From NCBI GenBank assembly GCA_905235635.1, contig CAJOMC010000012.1:59-64058 (forward strand): 64,000 nucleotides of DNA, in the 5' to 3' direction. Origin of the DNA: an uncultured Bacilli bacterium. Its GTDB lineage: Bacteria > Bacillota_I > Bacilli_A > Izemoplasmatales > UBA1188. Below are positions 28,458 through 37,797 of the stretch, in pieces (position 1 is the stretch's first letter; each line of letters starts with the position of its first letter). The translations under genes were made by a program, and so were the position numbers. Under the pieces are notes generated by a model. That model saw nothing but the letters and a program-made list of their open reading frames with translations, ran no database searches and had not been told where the DNA came from.

Positions 28458-28944
28458 TTATTCCTTTTTAGGATCATCATTCTTAAATAGTTTATATATG
28501 TACAAACTAGATAATAATCCTGTGATTATGATACCTATAATAACTATAAATATTGGAATTATTAACAATAATCTATTCTTTATTAATTTTTGGTCTTTCT
28601 TGAGGCTTTCCCCAACTATTAATCTACAGCTTCTTAAAGCTGTATCACCGCTTGTAATAGGGCATATTACAACACCTACTATCGCAAGTATAGTACCAGA
28701 GGTTTCAAGAATTCCTTTTGCCATCTCATTAACAGAATTAGAGTTACCCCCTAAAATATTTAAAGCTTTCCAACCATCAGGTGTATTAACTTTAAAAAAG
28801 CTATGGCTGCTTGAGCCCAGATAAGAGCGATAATACCTTCTGCGACCATTGCACTATAAAATACGCGAATGTTTTCTCACTTATGCGGCTATATATTAGA
28901 TATCCACCTACTAGTAAAATGAGAGAAACAAAGAAAGTAATCAA
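28458..28944 (-). pseudogene. cstA: Carbon starvation protein CstA gene with a large internal deletion and frameshift
   Basis: RBS ggaggag plus a TTG at 28944 give the CstA-like N-terminus LITFFVSLILLVGGYLIYSRISEKTF. The sequence then runs, in another frame, directly into the CstA C-terminus FYSAMVAEGIIALIWAQAA..CPITSGDTALRSCRL... About 160 codons remain, against roughly 500 or more in intact CstA. Confidence 0.7.
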
Positions 28945-29062
28945 TTGATCTCCTCCTAGTCTATTATTAAGTACTCTAATTGTTATATCAAAAAATGAAT
29001 TATAATTTCATTTTTATCATAGCCAATATAGTTTAACAAATAATCTGATTTATAGAGACTAC

Positions 29063-29104
29063 ATGTATAGTAAAAGCCCACGTTTGTGGGCTTTTACTAT
29101 ACAT
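29063..29104. terminator. Strong bidirectional terminator hairpin
   Basis: Perfect 19-bp stem atgtatagtaaaagcccac / gtgggcttttactatacat with loop gttt. Lies 8 nt past the stop of ORF 29112-29504. Confidence 0.8.
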
Positions 29105-29111
29105 CATATTT

Positions 29112-29557
29112 TTAACTGCCACTATATAATTCAGTAGTTGTTTTATTAGATTGAATTAATATAGATGATTGATTAAATTTACTAATTAAATCATTCGCAG
29201 CTAAATGTACTTCTTCTAGTGTTGTATCACTTAAATAAATAACAAGAGTATATTCTCTATAAATAGTATCACCATCAATCCAACCGCCACTTGCTTCTTG
29301 GATTGTATAGCCACAAAAGTGTTCTAGTAGTATTTTTTCAGCTTCTTCTTTTGCATTATCAGGAGTAAATACTGGTAGATTTGTATCCTTATCGTTAGTG
29401 CCTAAATATAGCACATATTGAATATCTTCTTTAGAGTCTATATTGCTTATTTTTGTGATAGTTACTACCATCATACTTAATGCAAGTAAATAATGATACT
29501 GCACTTAATACAATTGATATAATTCCTAATCTTTTAGACTTATATTATTTCCTTCAT
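29112..29557 (-). pseudogene. Frameshifted lipoprotein gene (DUF3574-like mature domain?)
   Basis: Three frames are involved. ATG at 29557 gives MKEII*. A second frame gives KSKRLGIISIVLSAVSLFTC (signal peptide plus lipobox). The third is the 130-aa track ORF (GTG start) with LYLGTNDKD..FCGYTIQEASGGWIDGDTIYREYTLVIYL. Confidence 0.45.
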
Positions 29558-29658
29558 CTTTATAACTTATTCTTAGTTTAATATAACATGAAATGAGCAT
29601 CCTAAATAAACATAATAAAGTAAATTGGCAAATAATTAGTCATCAGCCTTGTCATCAG

Positions 29659-29811
29659 CTATACTTTTTTCGATATAATTTTTAAAATGTTTTTTGCTAA
29701 TTCACGAATTATATATGTTTTCATGACTTGCCTTGCAACATCGATACGTAATATTTTGTCTTCATTACTAATTTAATATTCTTCTATATAACTTGAATTT
29801 TTTCGAGACAT
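29659..29811 (-). pseudogene. Relic N-terminus of a third COG1373/DUF4143-type ATPase paralog
   Basis: The minus strand reads MSRKNSSYIEEY*ISNEDKILRIDVARQVMKTYIIRELAKNILKIISKKV*. Compare paralog 2, LLVEGARQVGKTYIIRKILREN. The Walker A glycines are lost and there is an internal stop. Confidence 0.55.
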
Positions 29812-29817
29812 TAAAAT

Positions 29818-29870
29818 TACGCTTTTCCAACTTTTTTGATGGTATTTTTATACGCTTTTCAAACTTTTTA
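29818..29870. repeat. Two 20-nt direct repeats spaced 33 bp apart, upstream of the ATPase relic
   Basis: tacgcttttccaactttttt (29818-29837) and tacgcttttcaaacttttta (29851-29870). Confidence 0.6.
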
Positions 29871-29964
29871 GCATTCTTTATATTAATTATAAACTGAATA
29901 ATTATTAGTTTTATATATTTAACCAGAAGAATATTTTAGTAAAAATAATAGATAAAAGAATAGA

Positions 29965-30002
29965 ATTAAAAAAACGACACTATGACTTGTACATAGTGTC
30001 GT
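29965..30002 (-). terminator. Rho-independent terminator after tRNA-Pro
   Basis: Stem acgacactatg / catagtgtcgt (29974-30002). Followed by ttttttt on the minus strand (A-run 29965-29973). Confidence 0.75.
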
Positions 30003-30013
30003 AATCTTTCTAC

Positions 30014-30090
30014 TGGTCGGAAAAGCAGGATTTGAACCTGCGACATCCTGGTCCCAAACCAGGCGCTCTACCAAACTGAACTATTTTCCG
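30014..30090 (-). tRNA. tRNA-Pro (anticodon UGG), CCA encoded
   Basis: The minus strand reads CGGAAAATAGTTCAGTTTGGTAGAGCGCCTGGTTTGGGACCAGGATGTCGCAGGTTCAAATCCTGCTTTTCCGACCA. It folds as a cloverleaf with a 7-bp acceptor stem, anticodon loop TTTGGGA and T-loop GGTTCAAATCC. Confidence 0.95.
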
Positions 30091-30136
30091 GTCGCAATAG
30101 TATTTTAACACAATATTTGATTATTCAAACATTTTT

Positions 30137-31036
30137 TTATTGTTTTTTGCGTTTAGAATCAATTTCATCATAAATATCAAAGATTGTCTTCTTTGATACA
30201 TGAGTATAAAACTCTGTGGTTTGAATATCTTCGTGGCCTAAAAGTTCTTTTACGGCCATGATGTCAGCCCCACCTTCAAGAAGGTGAGTCGCAAAAGTGT
30301 GTCTTAAAGTATGAGGTGATATCTCCTTATCTATTCCTGCCTTAATGGCTAATTCTTTTAATATTTTATATACGCCAATTCTTGATATTCTTTCACCATT
30401 TTTATTAATGAATAAGGCATTTCTATCTTTTGGTTTTAAAAGATTTCTTGCGTTCATCACATAATCTCTAATAGATTTCTTTGCTTCATTATTAAAAGGT
30501 ACTATTCTTTCTTTAGAGCCTTTACCATAAACATTAAGTAAAGATACATTTAAATGGATATCTTCTATATTTAAATTAGTTAATTCAGATATTCTTAACC
30601 CAGATCCATAAAGAATTAAAATCATACACTGATTTCTTCTTTCAAGAGGAGTATTTTCTTCATTAGATACATCTATTAATCTTCTTACTTCAATCTGGCT
30701 TAATACCACAGGTATTCTTTTATCTACTTTAGGGGATGCGGGAGTAAGTACTTGATCATTATCAAGTTTCCCCTCTTTTAGTAAATATTTATTAAAAGAA
30801 TTAATAGATGATAGTGCTCTTCTTTCAGAAGACTTAGCTTTGCCATCTCTTACGAGTTTATTAGTATAATTCTTAAGATATTCCTTTTTCACATCTCTTG
30901 GATATTTAACGTTATAGTTCTTCTCAAGAAATAGGATATAACTATCTATATCTTTTTTATATGCTTCTATTGTGTTTTTAGATAAGTTCTTATTTATTTT
31001 TAGGTAATAAATAAATTCATTCATAGATCTTCTCAT
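30137..31036 (-). CDS. xerD: Tyrosine recombinase XerD/XerC family (XerD-like)
   Basis: 299 aa. N-terminal SKNTIEAYKKDI and catalytic GLRISEL, HTLRHTFATHLL and LGHEDIQTTEFYTHV. The choice between XerC and XerD is uncertain. Confidence 0.8.
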   Translation of the reverse strand: MRRSMNEFIYYLKINKNLSKNTIEAYKKDIDSYILFLEKNYNVKYPRDVKKEYLKNYTNKLVRDGKAKSSERRALSSINSFNKYLLKEGKLDNDQVLTPASPKVDKRIPVVLSQIEVRRLIDVSNEENTPLERRNQCMILILYGSGLRISELTNLNIEDIHLNVSLLNVYGKGSKERIVPFNNEAKKSIRDYVMNARNLLKPKDRNALFINKNGERISRIGVYKILKELAIKAGIDKEISPHTLRHTFATHLLEGGADIMAVKELLGHEDIQTTEFYTHVSKKTIFDIYDEIDSKRKKQ

Positions 31037-32139
31037 ATAAACTCCATAAAGACAATATTTGCCACTTCCAGTCCTCTTTTAGATAATCTAATATTATCTC
31101 CTCTTTTAACTAGTAGTTTATTATCTAATAATTTTTGTATATTAAAATCCTTAAAAGGATCACTATTAAATAGATTTGTGTATTTACTTAAAGATACACC
31201 ACTAATTAGTCTTAACCCAATTATAAAGTATTCACTTTTAAGGTTTGTATCTTCTTCTTTTATTATGGATATATAATCATTATTTTTAATTAATCTTATA
31301 TATTCTTTTATATTAGAGATATTTTCATATCTTCTATTATTATAGAAAGAATGAGATGATACTCCAAAAGAGATATACTCTTCTAGATTCCAGTAGTATT
31401 TATTATGAATGGATTCATATCCCTCTTTTCTCCAGTTTGATATTTCATAGCGCTTATATCCATATTGTTTTAATGTTTTATTAATTAAATCTCTCATTCT
31501 CACAGATTCATTTTCGCTTGGAAGAGATACTTTATTACGCTTAAGGTCATATGATAATTGAGTATTTTTCTCAATTATTAAATCATAGAAAGATATATGA
31601 GTAGGATTAATCTCTTTTATTAATTCTAAATCATTTTTGATTGTAGATAGAGAGGAATAAGGCATTGAATAGATAAAATCAAGGTTTATATTATTAATTC
31701 CTTTCTCTCTTATCCTATTGATTTTTTCTATTAATTCTTCCTTTGTTTCATCTGTCCTTTTAAGATATTCTCTAAGTTTATCATCGAATGATTCAACCCC
31801 AATAGATAATCTATTCACATGATATTTAGTAAATAAATCAAGATAATCAAGACATCTATTTGAGGTAGACTCAATAGTAAATTCCTTTATATTAGATAAA
31901 TCTATAATACTATCTAGTGTTTTAAGAATATCTTCTAGATAACTAAAGGCAGTAGGCGTACCACCCCCAATATAAATAGTATCTATATCATTAAGATATT
32001 CTTTCTTATTTAATATCTCTTTAATAAGTGAATCTCTATATTCCTTTTCTATTAAATCATCTTTTAGTCTCTTCTTAAAATCACAGTATGGACAAATAAA
32101 ATCGCAGAAAGGAATATGGATATATAAGCCTTTTATCAT
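31033..32139 (-). CDS. hemW: Radical SAM heme chaperone HemW (HemN-like)
   Basis: 368 aa. YIHIPFCDFICPYCDF matches CxxxCxxC. Lies downstream of lepA, as in Bacillus. Confidence 0.85.
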   Translation of the reverse strand: MIKGLYIHIPFCDFICPYCDFKKRLKDDLIEKEYRDSLIKEILNKKEYLNDIDTIYIGGGTPTAFSYLEDILKTLDSIIDLSNIKEFTIESTSNRCLDYLDLFTKYHVNRLSIGVESFDDKLREYLKRTDETKEELIEKINRIREKGINNINLDFIYSMPYSSLSTIKNDLELIKEINPTHISFYDLIIEKNTQLSYDLKRNKVSLPSENESVRMRDLINKTLKQYGYKRYEISNWRKEGYESIHNKYYWNLEEYISFGVSSHSFYNNRRYENISNIKEYIRLIKNNDYISIIKEEDTNLKSEYFIIGLRLISGVSLSKYTNLFNSDPFKDFNIQKLLDNKLLVKRGDNIRLSKRGLEVANIVFMEFI

Positions 32140-32219
32140 ATTAAAATTATAATATTTTAGTTAACATAATACAATTGATTCATTGAATTAATAGTATTCA
32201 TACAATATAATTTTAATAT

Positions 32220-33671
32220 ATGAGAAATAGAAAAAATATTCTCCAAAAAAGTCTTACTTTTGAAGGAAGAAAACTATCACCACTTGATTTAAATGTGCCA
32301 AGCCCCAATCCTTTTAGGATTAGGGATAATATTCTTAAGATAAATGGTATATATAGTTTCGAAAAATCAAATAAATATTTAATACCTAGGAGTTTTGAAA
32401 CAATCGTCCTAGTGCCTTTTCCACTAGGTTCACTTTTATCTAAAGTAGATAGGACATATAATAATAAAACCTTCTATCATTATCATTTAACTATTAAAGA
32501 GAATATTAATTCTCTTGGGAAGATTTATCTTAATTTTACAAGGACTATAGGGAAACATTTAATATATCTAAATGGAGAAAGAATAGGCACAAGCGATTCT
32601 TCTTTCTTTGAATCATATGATATCACAGATATATTTGTGGAAGGTATAAACACACTTGATATCACTTTTAAAGAAGATAAGAAAGAAAAGGTATTGGGTA
32701 TAATTGGCCCAGTATATCTTGAATCCACAAAAGTTAGTAAGATAAAAGATTATGAAATTAAAACATCTTTAGATGATAAATATTTTGAGATTAAAGTAGA
32801 TAGTGATAAAGATGAAGAATATAAACTTGTGATTACTACTCCATCTAATATCACTAAAACATATGAATTTAAGGGTAATAAAGCTAAGTTTATACTTCCT
32901 GAAGTTGTCACATGGACTTTAGGTTTTCCTTTTATCTACCAAGCTGAATTAAATAATAAAGAAGGCGATAAACTAAGAGAGATATTCTCTCTTCATAAAT
33001 ATTCTATTAAGAAAATAGATGGCATTTACGCCTTTACCCTAAATAATGAACCTATGTCTATTAGAGGTATAATAGATGATTATTACTATACAGATGGACT
33101 AATGGTAGCCGCATCAACTGAGCACATTAGACTGAAAATAGATAATATAAAGAAATTTGGCTTTAACGCAATAAGAATTAAAAATAGATTAGAAATGCCT
33201 CAATTTTACTTTGAGGCATTAACTAAAGGAATGCTTATAGCGCAAGATATTGAATACAAGAATAAAGAATTATTTATGGAAGAATTGAACTATATCAAAA
33301 GATATGATTCTATCTTTTTAGTTATAGTTAATATAGGTAAAAGAAGTGATACGGAATTAAATGAACTATATTCAATATCTAAGATGGAACTACCAAATAA
33401 GCTAGTGATGATAGTAAAAGATAAGAAATCATTAGGTGATTTAACTATATATAGCAAAAGGAAAAATAGACCACAAATTATCCTCGATTTAAACTTCAAA
33501 GATCAATTTATGGGTCTATATGAATTTAATAAAAATAAATTTATAGAATATACCATTAATGGAATGGTTGGCTTCTTCTTTAGTTCGTATAATAATCCTG
33601 ATACTGGGATTATGACACCTGATGAACTAAAGTATAAAGTAAAGCCAGAAGAGTTTAAGAAATTATTTTAA
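32220..33671 (+). CDS. Glycoside hydrolase family 2-like protein, possibly non-catalytic
   Basis: 483 aa. Sugar-binding jelly-roll pattern (IYLNFTRTIGKHLIYLNGERIG..FESYDITD..GINTLDI..GIIGPVYLE), then FGFNAIRIKNR..FYFEALTKGMLIAQDIE. The expected GNE acid/base position reads GKR. Confidence 0.45.
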   Translation: MRNRKNILQKSLTFEGRKLSPLDLNVPSPNPFRIRDNILKINGIYSFEKSNKYLIPRSFETIVLVPFPLGSLLSKVDRTYNNKTFYHYHLTIKENINSLGKIYLNFTRTIGKHLIYLNGERIGTSDSSFFESYDITDIFVEGINTLDITFKEDKKEKVLGIIGPVYLESTKVSKIKDYEIKTSLDDKYFEIKVDSDKDEEYKLVITTPSNITKTYEFKGNKAKFILPEVVTWTLGFPFIYQAELNNKEGDKLREIFSLHKYSIKKIDGIYAFTLNNEPMSIRGIIDDYYYTDGLMVAASTEHIRLKIDNIKKFGFNAIRIKNRLEMPQFYFEALTKGMLIAQDIEYKNKELFMEELNYIKRYDSIFLVIVNIGKRSDTELNELYSISKMELPNKLVMIVKDKKSLGDLTIYSKRKNRPQIILDLNFKDQFMGLYEFNKNKFIEYTINGMVGFFFSSYNNPDTGIMTPDELKYKVKPEEFKKLF

Positions 33672-33707
33672 ATGAAACTATATTCCTAAGTATTTATATT
33701 ATAGATT

Positions 33708-33748
33708 AATAGGACCATATTCGCGTTAAACGCATATATGGTCCTATT
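33708..33748. terminator. Bidirectional terminator
   Basis: Perfect 13-bp stem aataggaccatat / atatggtcctatt between convergent genes. Confidence 0.75.
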
Positions 33749-33786
33749 ATTCAAATTAATTAATCTAAATGATTATAAAATAAGAA

Positions 33787-35136
33787 TTATATATTTTCTA
33801 TATCAACAGGTATCAAGAAATTTTTTGGTTCTTTTTGTTTTAAAAAACCAATCAAGTAAATAGGTGCATATGTTATACCATTTTCAATAAAAATATTGGT
33901 TCTAGAAAAAACGGTTGGATTAACGATATTACTATTATAAGTATTGATTAAATTATCTATTGACTTATGTGTTCTATACTCTTTTTCTGATTTAATTTCC
34001 AGCGGAATAATTTTATTGTCATATTCGATTAAAAAATCTATTTCGCCAATTTTAGTACTTTTGTAATAATAAGGGGTTATTCCATTAGAATAAAGTTCCT
34101 GTGCAACAAAGTTTTCAAATAACGCTCCATTATTATAGTCATTATTCTTTTCGCCCATAAGATCCTCTCTTACCGAAAACGGATAACATGAGGTTAATAG
34201 CCCAACATCAGATAGGTAAAGTTTAAATGTGTTTTTATCTTTAGATATTATAAGTGGGCTTTTGGCTTCACTAGCGATATAAACTGGATACGCAACGCCG
34301 GCATCTTTTAGCCATAAAAAACTATTTTCATATCGATCAAATTTTAGTTCTTTATTTAAATAATTAAAAACAAACTTGTGGTTTTGTTTATTTAATTGTA
34401 TGGGTATATTGTCATATATTGAGATTATTCTCAATTTTCTATCTAAAGACTCATATCTAGAAAAATCTGCTTTATATGTATTTATTATGTTTTTTTGTTC
34501 TTTGTCAATTTCATATAAATTTCTTGTATCAATGAAAATATTTACTACTTGTGGCATCCCCCCAACAATCAAATACATATTGAATAATCTAAGAATTTTA
34601 TTATGAATAACATCATCTATTGGTTTCTTTGAGTTAAAACACTCTTCCAAATAGCCAATAGTTTCTTTTTTAACTCCTGTTGCAAGCAAAAACTCAACAA
34701 AATTCATTGGATACATTCTTAATATTCTCATGTATCCCACAGGAATTGATTTAATACCTTTTATTTCAATACCAAGAAGAGAACCACTTAAAACATATTT
34801 ATAGCTACCTTCGTCTACTAAAAATTTAATTTTGGTAATTATTTCTGGGAACATTTGTATCTCATCAAGAAAGATGACTGATTTTCCTTTGATTAAAGGT
34901 AATGGAGAATACAATTCAATTGTATGGATTAATTCATTTGTATCATCAATTGTTCTTAAAGACTTTAAAATGTCAGGCCTATCTATAAAATTGATTTCGA
35001 AATAATTAATATTATTTTCTCTTAAGATTTTTCTAATTATATAAGTTTTGCCAACCTGTCTTGCACCTTCAACTAATAATGCTACTTTTTCATGGTCTAC
35101 CCATTCAGTTAGTTCTTTTTCAATAATTCTTTTCAT
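33787..35136 (-). CDS. AAA+ ATPase with C-terminal PD-(D/E)xK-like domain (COG1373, AAA_14 + DUF4143 type), paralog 2
   Basis: 449 aa. RBS ggagg lies 9 nt upstream. Walker A GARQVGKT, Walker B VIFLDEIQ, and C-terminal GEIDFLI..IPLEIKS. Confidence 0.85.
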   Translation of the reverse strand: MKRIIEKELTEWVDHEKVALLVEGARQVGKTYIIRKILRENNINYFEINFIDRPDILKSLRTIDDTNELIHTIELYSPLPLIKGKSVIFLDEIQMFPEIITKIKFLVDEGSYKYVLSGSLLGIEIKGIKSIPVGYMRILRMYPMNFVEFLLATGVKKETIGYLEECFNSKKPIDDVIHNKILRLFNMYLIVGGMPQVVNIFIDTRNLYEIDKEQKNIINTYKADFSRYESLDRKLRIISIYDNIPIQLNKQNHKFVFNYLNKELKFDRYENSFLWLKDAGVAYPVYIASEAKSPLIISKDKNTFKLYLSDVGLLTSCYPFSVREDLMGEKNNDYNNGALFENFVAQELYSNGITPYYYKSTKIGEIDFLIEYDNKIIPLEIKSEKEYRTHKSIDNLINTYNSNIVNPTVFSRTNIFIENGITYAPIYLIGFLKQKEPKNFLIPVDIENI

Positions 35137-35190
35137 TCATGCCTTCCTCCTTCGCTCATATTTTAATATAAAATTCAGAACAAATCAACA

Positions 35191-35250
35191 AAAACGGGGC
35201 AATTTGCCCCGCTTTTAGCGCATAAAACGGGGCGTTTTTACCCGTTTTAT
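35191..35250 (-). terminator. Two tandem GC-rich hairpins with T-runs (33-bp-spaced copies of aaaacggggc) between lepA and ATPase paralog 2
   Basis: cggggcaatttgccccg is a palindrome flanked by aaaa and ctttt. The second copy is aaaacggggcgtttttacccgtttt. The copies start at 35191 and 35224. Confidence 0.6.
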
Positions 35251-35310
35251 TAAAAATAAGCGAAATCGATTGTATATATTGTGATAATTAATATCTTTAA
35301 TCATTATTAA

Positions 35311-35354
35311 AAAACTACACAATTGCGAAATTTTATCGCTAGTGTGTAGTTTTT
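35311..35354 (-). terminator. Rho-independent terminator immediately after lepA
   Basis: Stem aaaactacaca / tgtgtagtttt with an inner stem gcga/tcgc. T-run on the minus strand. Lies 9 nt after the lepA stop. Confidence 0.7.
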
Positions 35355-35362
35355 AAAATATA

Positions 35363-37183
35363 TTACTTTTTCTCATCATCTAACTTTAATACCGCAAGGA
35401 AGGCTTCTTGAGGAACTTCTACAGATCCTATAGCTTTCATTTTCTTTTTACCTTCTTTTTGTTTCTCAAGTAACTTCTTCTTTCTTGAAACGTCACCACC
35501 ATAACATTTTGCGATAACGTCTTTTCTTAAACATTTCACAGTGGTTCTTGCGATAATCTTTGAACCAATTGCGGCTTGAATAGGTATATCAAATAATTGG
35601 CGTGGGATAGTATCTACTAGTTTTTCACAAATTGCCTTGCCTCTAGAGTAGGCAAAGTCTTGGTGAACTATAGTAGATAGGGCATCTATTGTTTCACCAT
35701 TAAGAAGGATATCTAGTTTAACTAGTTTAGATGGTAGATACTTTTCAAATTCATAATCTAGTGAGGCATAGCCTTTTGTGGATGATTTAAGTTTATCAAA
35801 GAAATCATAAACTATTTCCATTAAAGGCATAGAGTATCTGATTGATACACGATTATCATTAATATATGTGATATCTTTGTATATTCCTCTTTTATCTTGG
35901 CATAACTTCATTATGACACCCACATATTCTGATGGTGTCATAATGGTTGTGAGCATATAAGGTTCTTCTATTCTATCTATTGTGCCTAAATCAGGGAATA
36001 GTGATGGATTATCTAAATCATATACTACTCCACCCCTTTTATATACTTTATATATAACTGATGGTGATGTCGCAATGAGAGGAATATTAAATTCTCTTTC
36101 GATTCTCTCTGTCACAACTTCCATATGTAAAAGACCTAAAAATCCCAATCTATAGCCAAATCCCAGCGCTTGAGATGATTCTTTTTCAAATACTAGTGAT
36201 GCATCATTAAGTTTAAGTTTATCCATCGCATCACCTAGTTGAGAGTAATCAGCGTTATCCACTGGATATATTCCACAATATACCATTGGATTTAATCTTT
36301 TATAGCCAGGAAGGGGATCTAGTGCTGGTTCATCTTTTAAGGTGATAGTGTCACCAACGTGAACCTGTTTGATGTCTTTGATAGATGCGGATAAATACCC
36401 TACATCACCCACGGTAAGATACTCAACTTCCTTTTCATCTGGGGTTTTAATGAATAAGGTGTCAATGCTTGCCTCAAATGATGTGCCCATAAAGGAGATT
36501 TTATCGCCCTTTCTTATAGTACCATCTACCACCCTAAAGGCAGGAATAACGCCTCTATATGGATCAAAGATTGAATCAAAGATAAGGCATCTTAGTGGGG
36601 CATTTGGATTGCCTTCAGGTGGAAGAATGTCATGCACTACTCTCTCTAAGATATCATGGATACCTACACCTGTCTTTGCGCTACAAAGAAGGGCATTTGA
36701 TGCATCAAGTCCAATAAAATCTTCTATTTCTTTTTTTACTAAATCTGGGGATGATGATGGAAGGTCTATCTTATTAATTACTGGGATAACCTCTAAATCA
36801 TTATCAAGTGCAAGATAACAGTTAGCGAGCGTTTGAGCTTCAACTCCTTGGGTTGAATCAACCACAAGAAGGGCTCCCTCACACGCCGCAAGAGATCTAG
36901 ATACTTCATAGGAAAAATCGACATGGCCTGGAGTATCTATTAGGTTTAATTGATACTCTTTACCATTATCCGCCTTATAGTTTAGATGTACAGTATTAAG
37001 TTTGATTGTGATACCACGTTCTCTTTCAATATCCATTGAATCAAGATATTGATCTCTCATATGTCTTGAATCAATTGCGCTACATTCTTCCATTATTCTA
37101 TCTGCGAGAGTAGATTTTCCATGGTCTATATGCGCTATTATTGAGAAGTTTCTCGTGGATGCGATTTTTTCTTTTATATCCAT
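35363..37183 (-). CDS. lepA: Translation elongation factor 4 (LepA)
   Basis: 606 aa. [31 protein letters not shown], and the LepA-specific C-terminal domain. Confidence 0.95.
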   Translation of the reverse strand: MDIKEKIASTRNFSIIAHIDHGKSTLADRIMEECSAIDSRHMRDQYLDSMDIERERGITIKLNTVHLNYKADNGKEYQLNLIDTPGHVDFSYEVSRSLAACEGALLVVDSTQGVEAQTLANCYLALDNDLEVIPVINKIDLPSSSPDLVKKEIEDFIGLDASNALLCSAKTGVGIHDILERVVHDILPPEGNPNAPLRCLIFDSIFDPYRGVIPAFRVVDGTIRKGDKISFMGTSFEASIDTLFIKTPDEKEVEYLTVGDVGYLSASIKDIKQVHVGDTITLKDEPALDPLPGYKRLNPMVYCGIYPVDNADYSQLGDAMDKLKLNDASLVFEKESSQALGFGYRLGFLGLLHMEVVTERIEREFNIPLIATSPSVIYKVYKRGGVVYDLDNPSLFPDLGTIDRIEEPYMLTTIMTPSEYVGVIMKLCQDKRGIYKDITYINDNRVSIRYSMPLMEIVYDFFDKLKSSTKGYASLDYEFEKYLPSKLVKLDILLNGETIDALSTIVHQDFAYSRGKAICEKLVDTIPRQLFDIPIQAAIGSKIIARTTVKCLRKDVIAKCYGGDVSRKKKLLEKQKEGKKKMKAIGSVEVPQEAFLAVLKLDDEKK

Positions 37184-37749
37184 TATTTTAATAATTTATC
37201 CCTTAATTTATAGAGTAGTATTTGAGTTTTAGAATCTTTAATTTCTCCATTATCTAGTAAAGCATAAGCTTCTTTTATATCAAGATATATTAAATCCATA
37301 AACTCATCTTTATCTCTTTTAATAGTTCCTTTTTTATTGTTTTCTGAGAAAAATAAATAGATTACTTCATCAGTATAACCAGGAGATGGGTATAATTCAC
37401 CTACCTTAATTAAACCTTCTGAGATTAAACCTGTCTCTTCTTCAAGTTCTCTTTTTGCGGCAACTAGAGGGTCTTCACCCTTTTCGAGTTTACCTGCGGG
37501 TAACTCTAAAATCTCCTTATGGTATGGATATCTATATTGTTTTTCAAATACTATCTTATTCTCTAAAATGGCTAAAACTGCGGATCCTCCAGGATGGTGG
37601 ACATATTCTCTATATGCAATATCACCATTAGGACACTCAATTTCATCATCATAAAAATCGATAATTCTACCTTTATATAATTGATTCTTCTTTAGAGTCT
37701 TTTCTTCATTATTCATAAATATATTATAAAATATATTGTTTAATTTCAT
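37183..37749 (-). CDS. NUDIX hydrolase (ADP-ribose pyrophosphatase-like)
   Basis: 188 aa. Nudix box [23 protein letters not shown]. Its stop overlaps the lepA ATG by 1 nt. Confidence 0.8.
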   Translation of the reverse strand: MKLNNIFYNIFMNNEEKTLKKNQLYKGRIIDFYDDEIECPNGDIAYREYVHHPGGSAVLAILENKIVFEKQYRYPYHKEILELPAGKLEKGEDPLVAAKRELEEETGLISEGLIKVGELYPSPGYTDEVIYLFFSENNKKGTIKRDKDEFMDLIYLDIKEAYALLDNGEIKDSKTQILLYKLRDKLLK

Positions 37750-37751
37750 AT

Positions 37752-37789
37752 AAAAAATATAGGAATGATTTCTAAAATCAATTCCTATA
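37752..37789 (-). terminator. Rho-independent terminator after dnaJ
   Basis: Arms tataggaat (37758-37766) / attcctata (37781-37789). Followed by tttttt on the minus strand. Confidence 0.65.
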
Positions 37790-37797
37790 TCATTATA

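Noticed and set aside
28498-28824. 108-aa plus-strand ORF
   Set aside because: It is antisense to the cstA C-terminal remnant, whose CstA motifs (PITSGDTA, MVAEGIIALIWA) are clear on the minus strand.
30014-31036. tRNA-Pro plus an adjacent tyrosine recombinase as the integration module of a genomic island or prophage
   Set aside because: The recombinase has XerD-type N- and C-terminal motifs. It overlaps hemW by 4 nt in a core lepA-hemW context, so it is probably the chromosomal dimer-resolution enzyme. I found no direct repeat of the tRNA 3' end in the non-coding stretches I inspected. Only a full search could exclude one.
35191-35250. Treating the aaaacggggc repeats purely as ATPase operators
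   Set aside because: Both copies form GC-rich hairpins followed by T-runs on the minus strand, directly downstream of lepA. A terminator function is the simpler explanation, so the operator idea is kept only as a caveated part of a finding.
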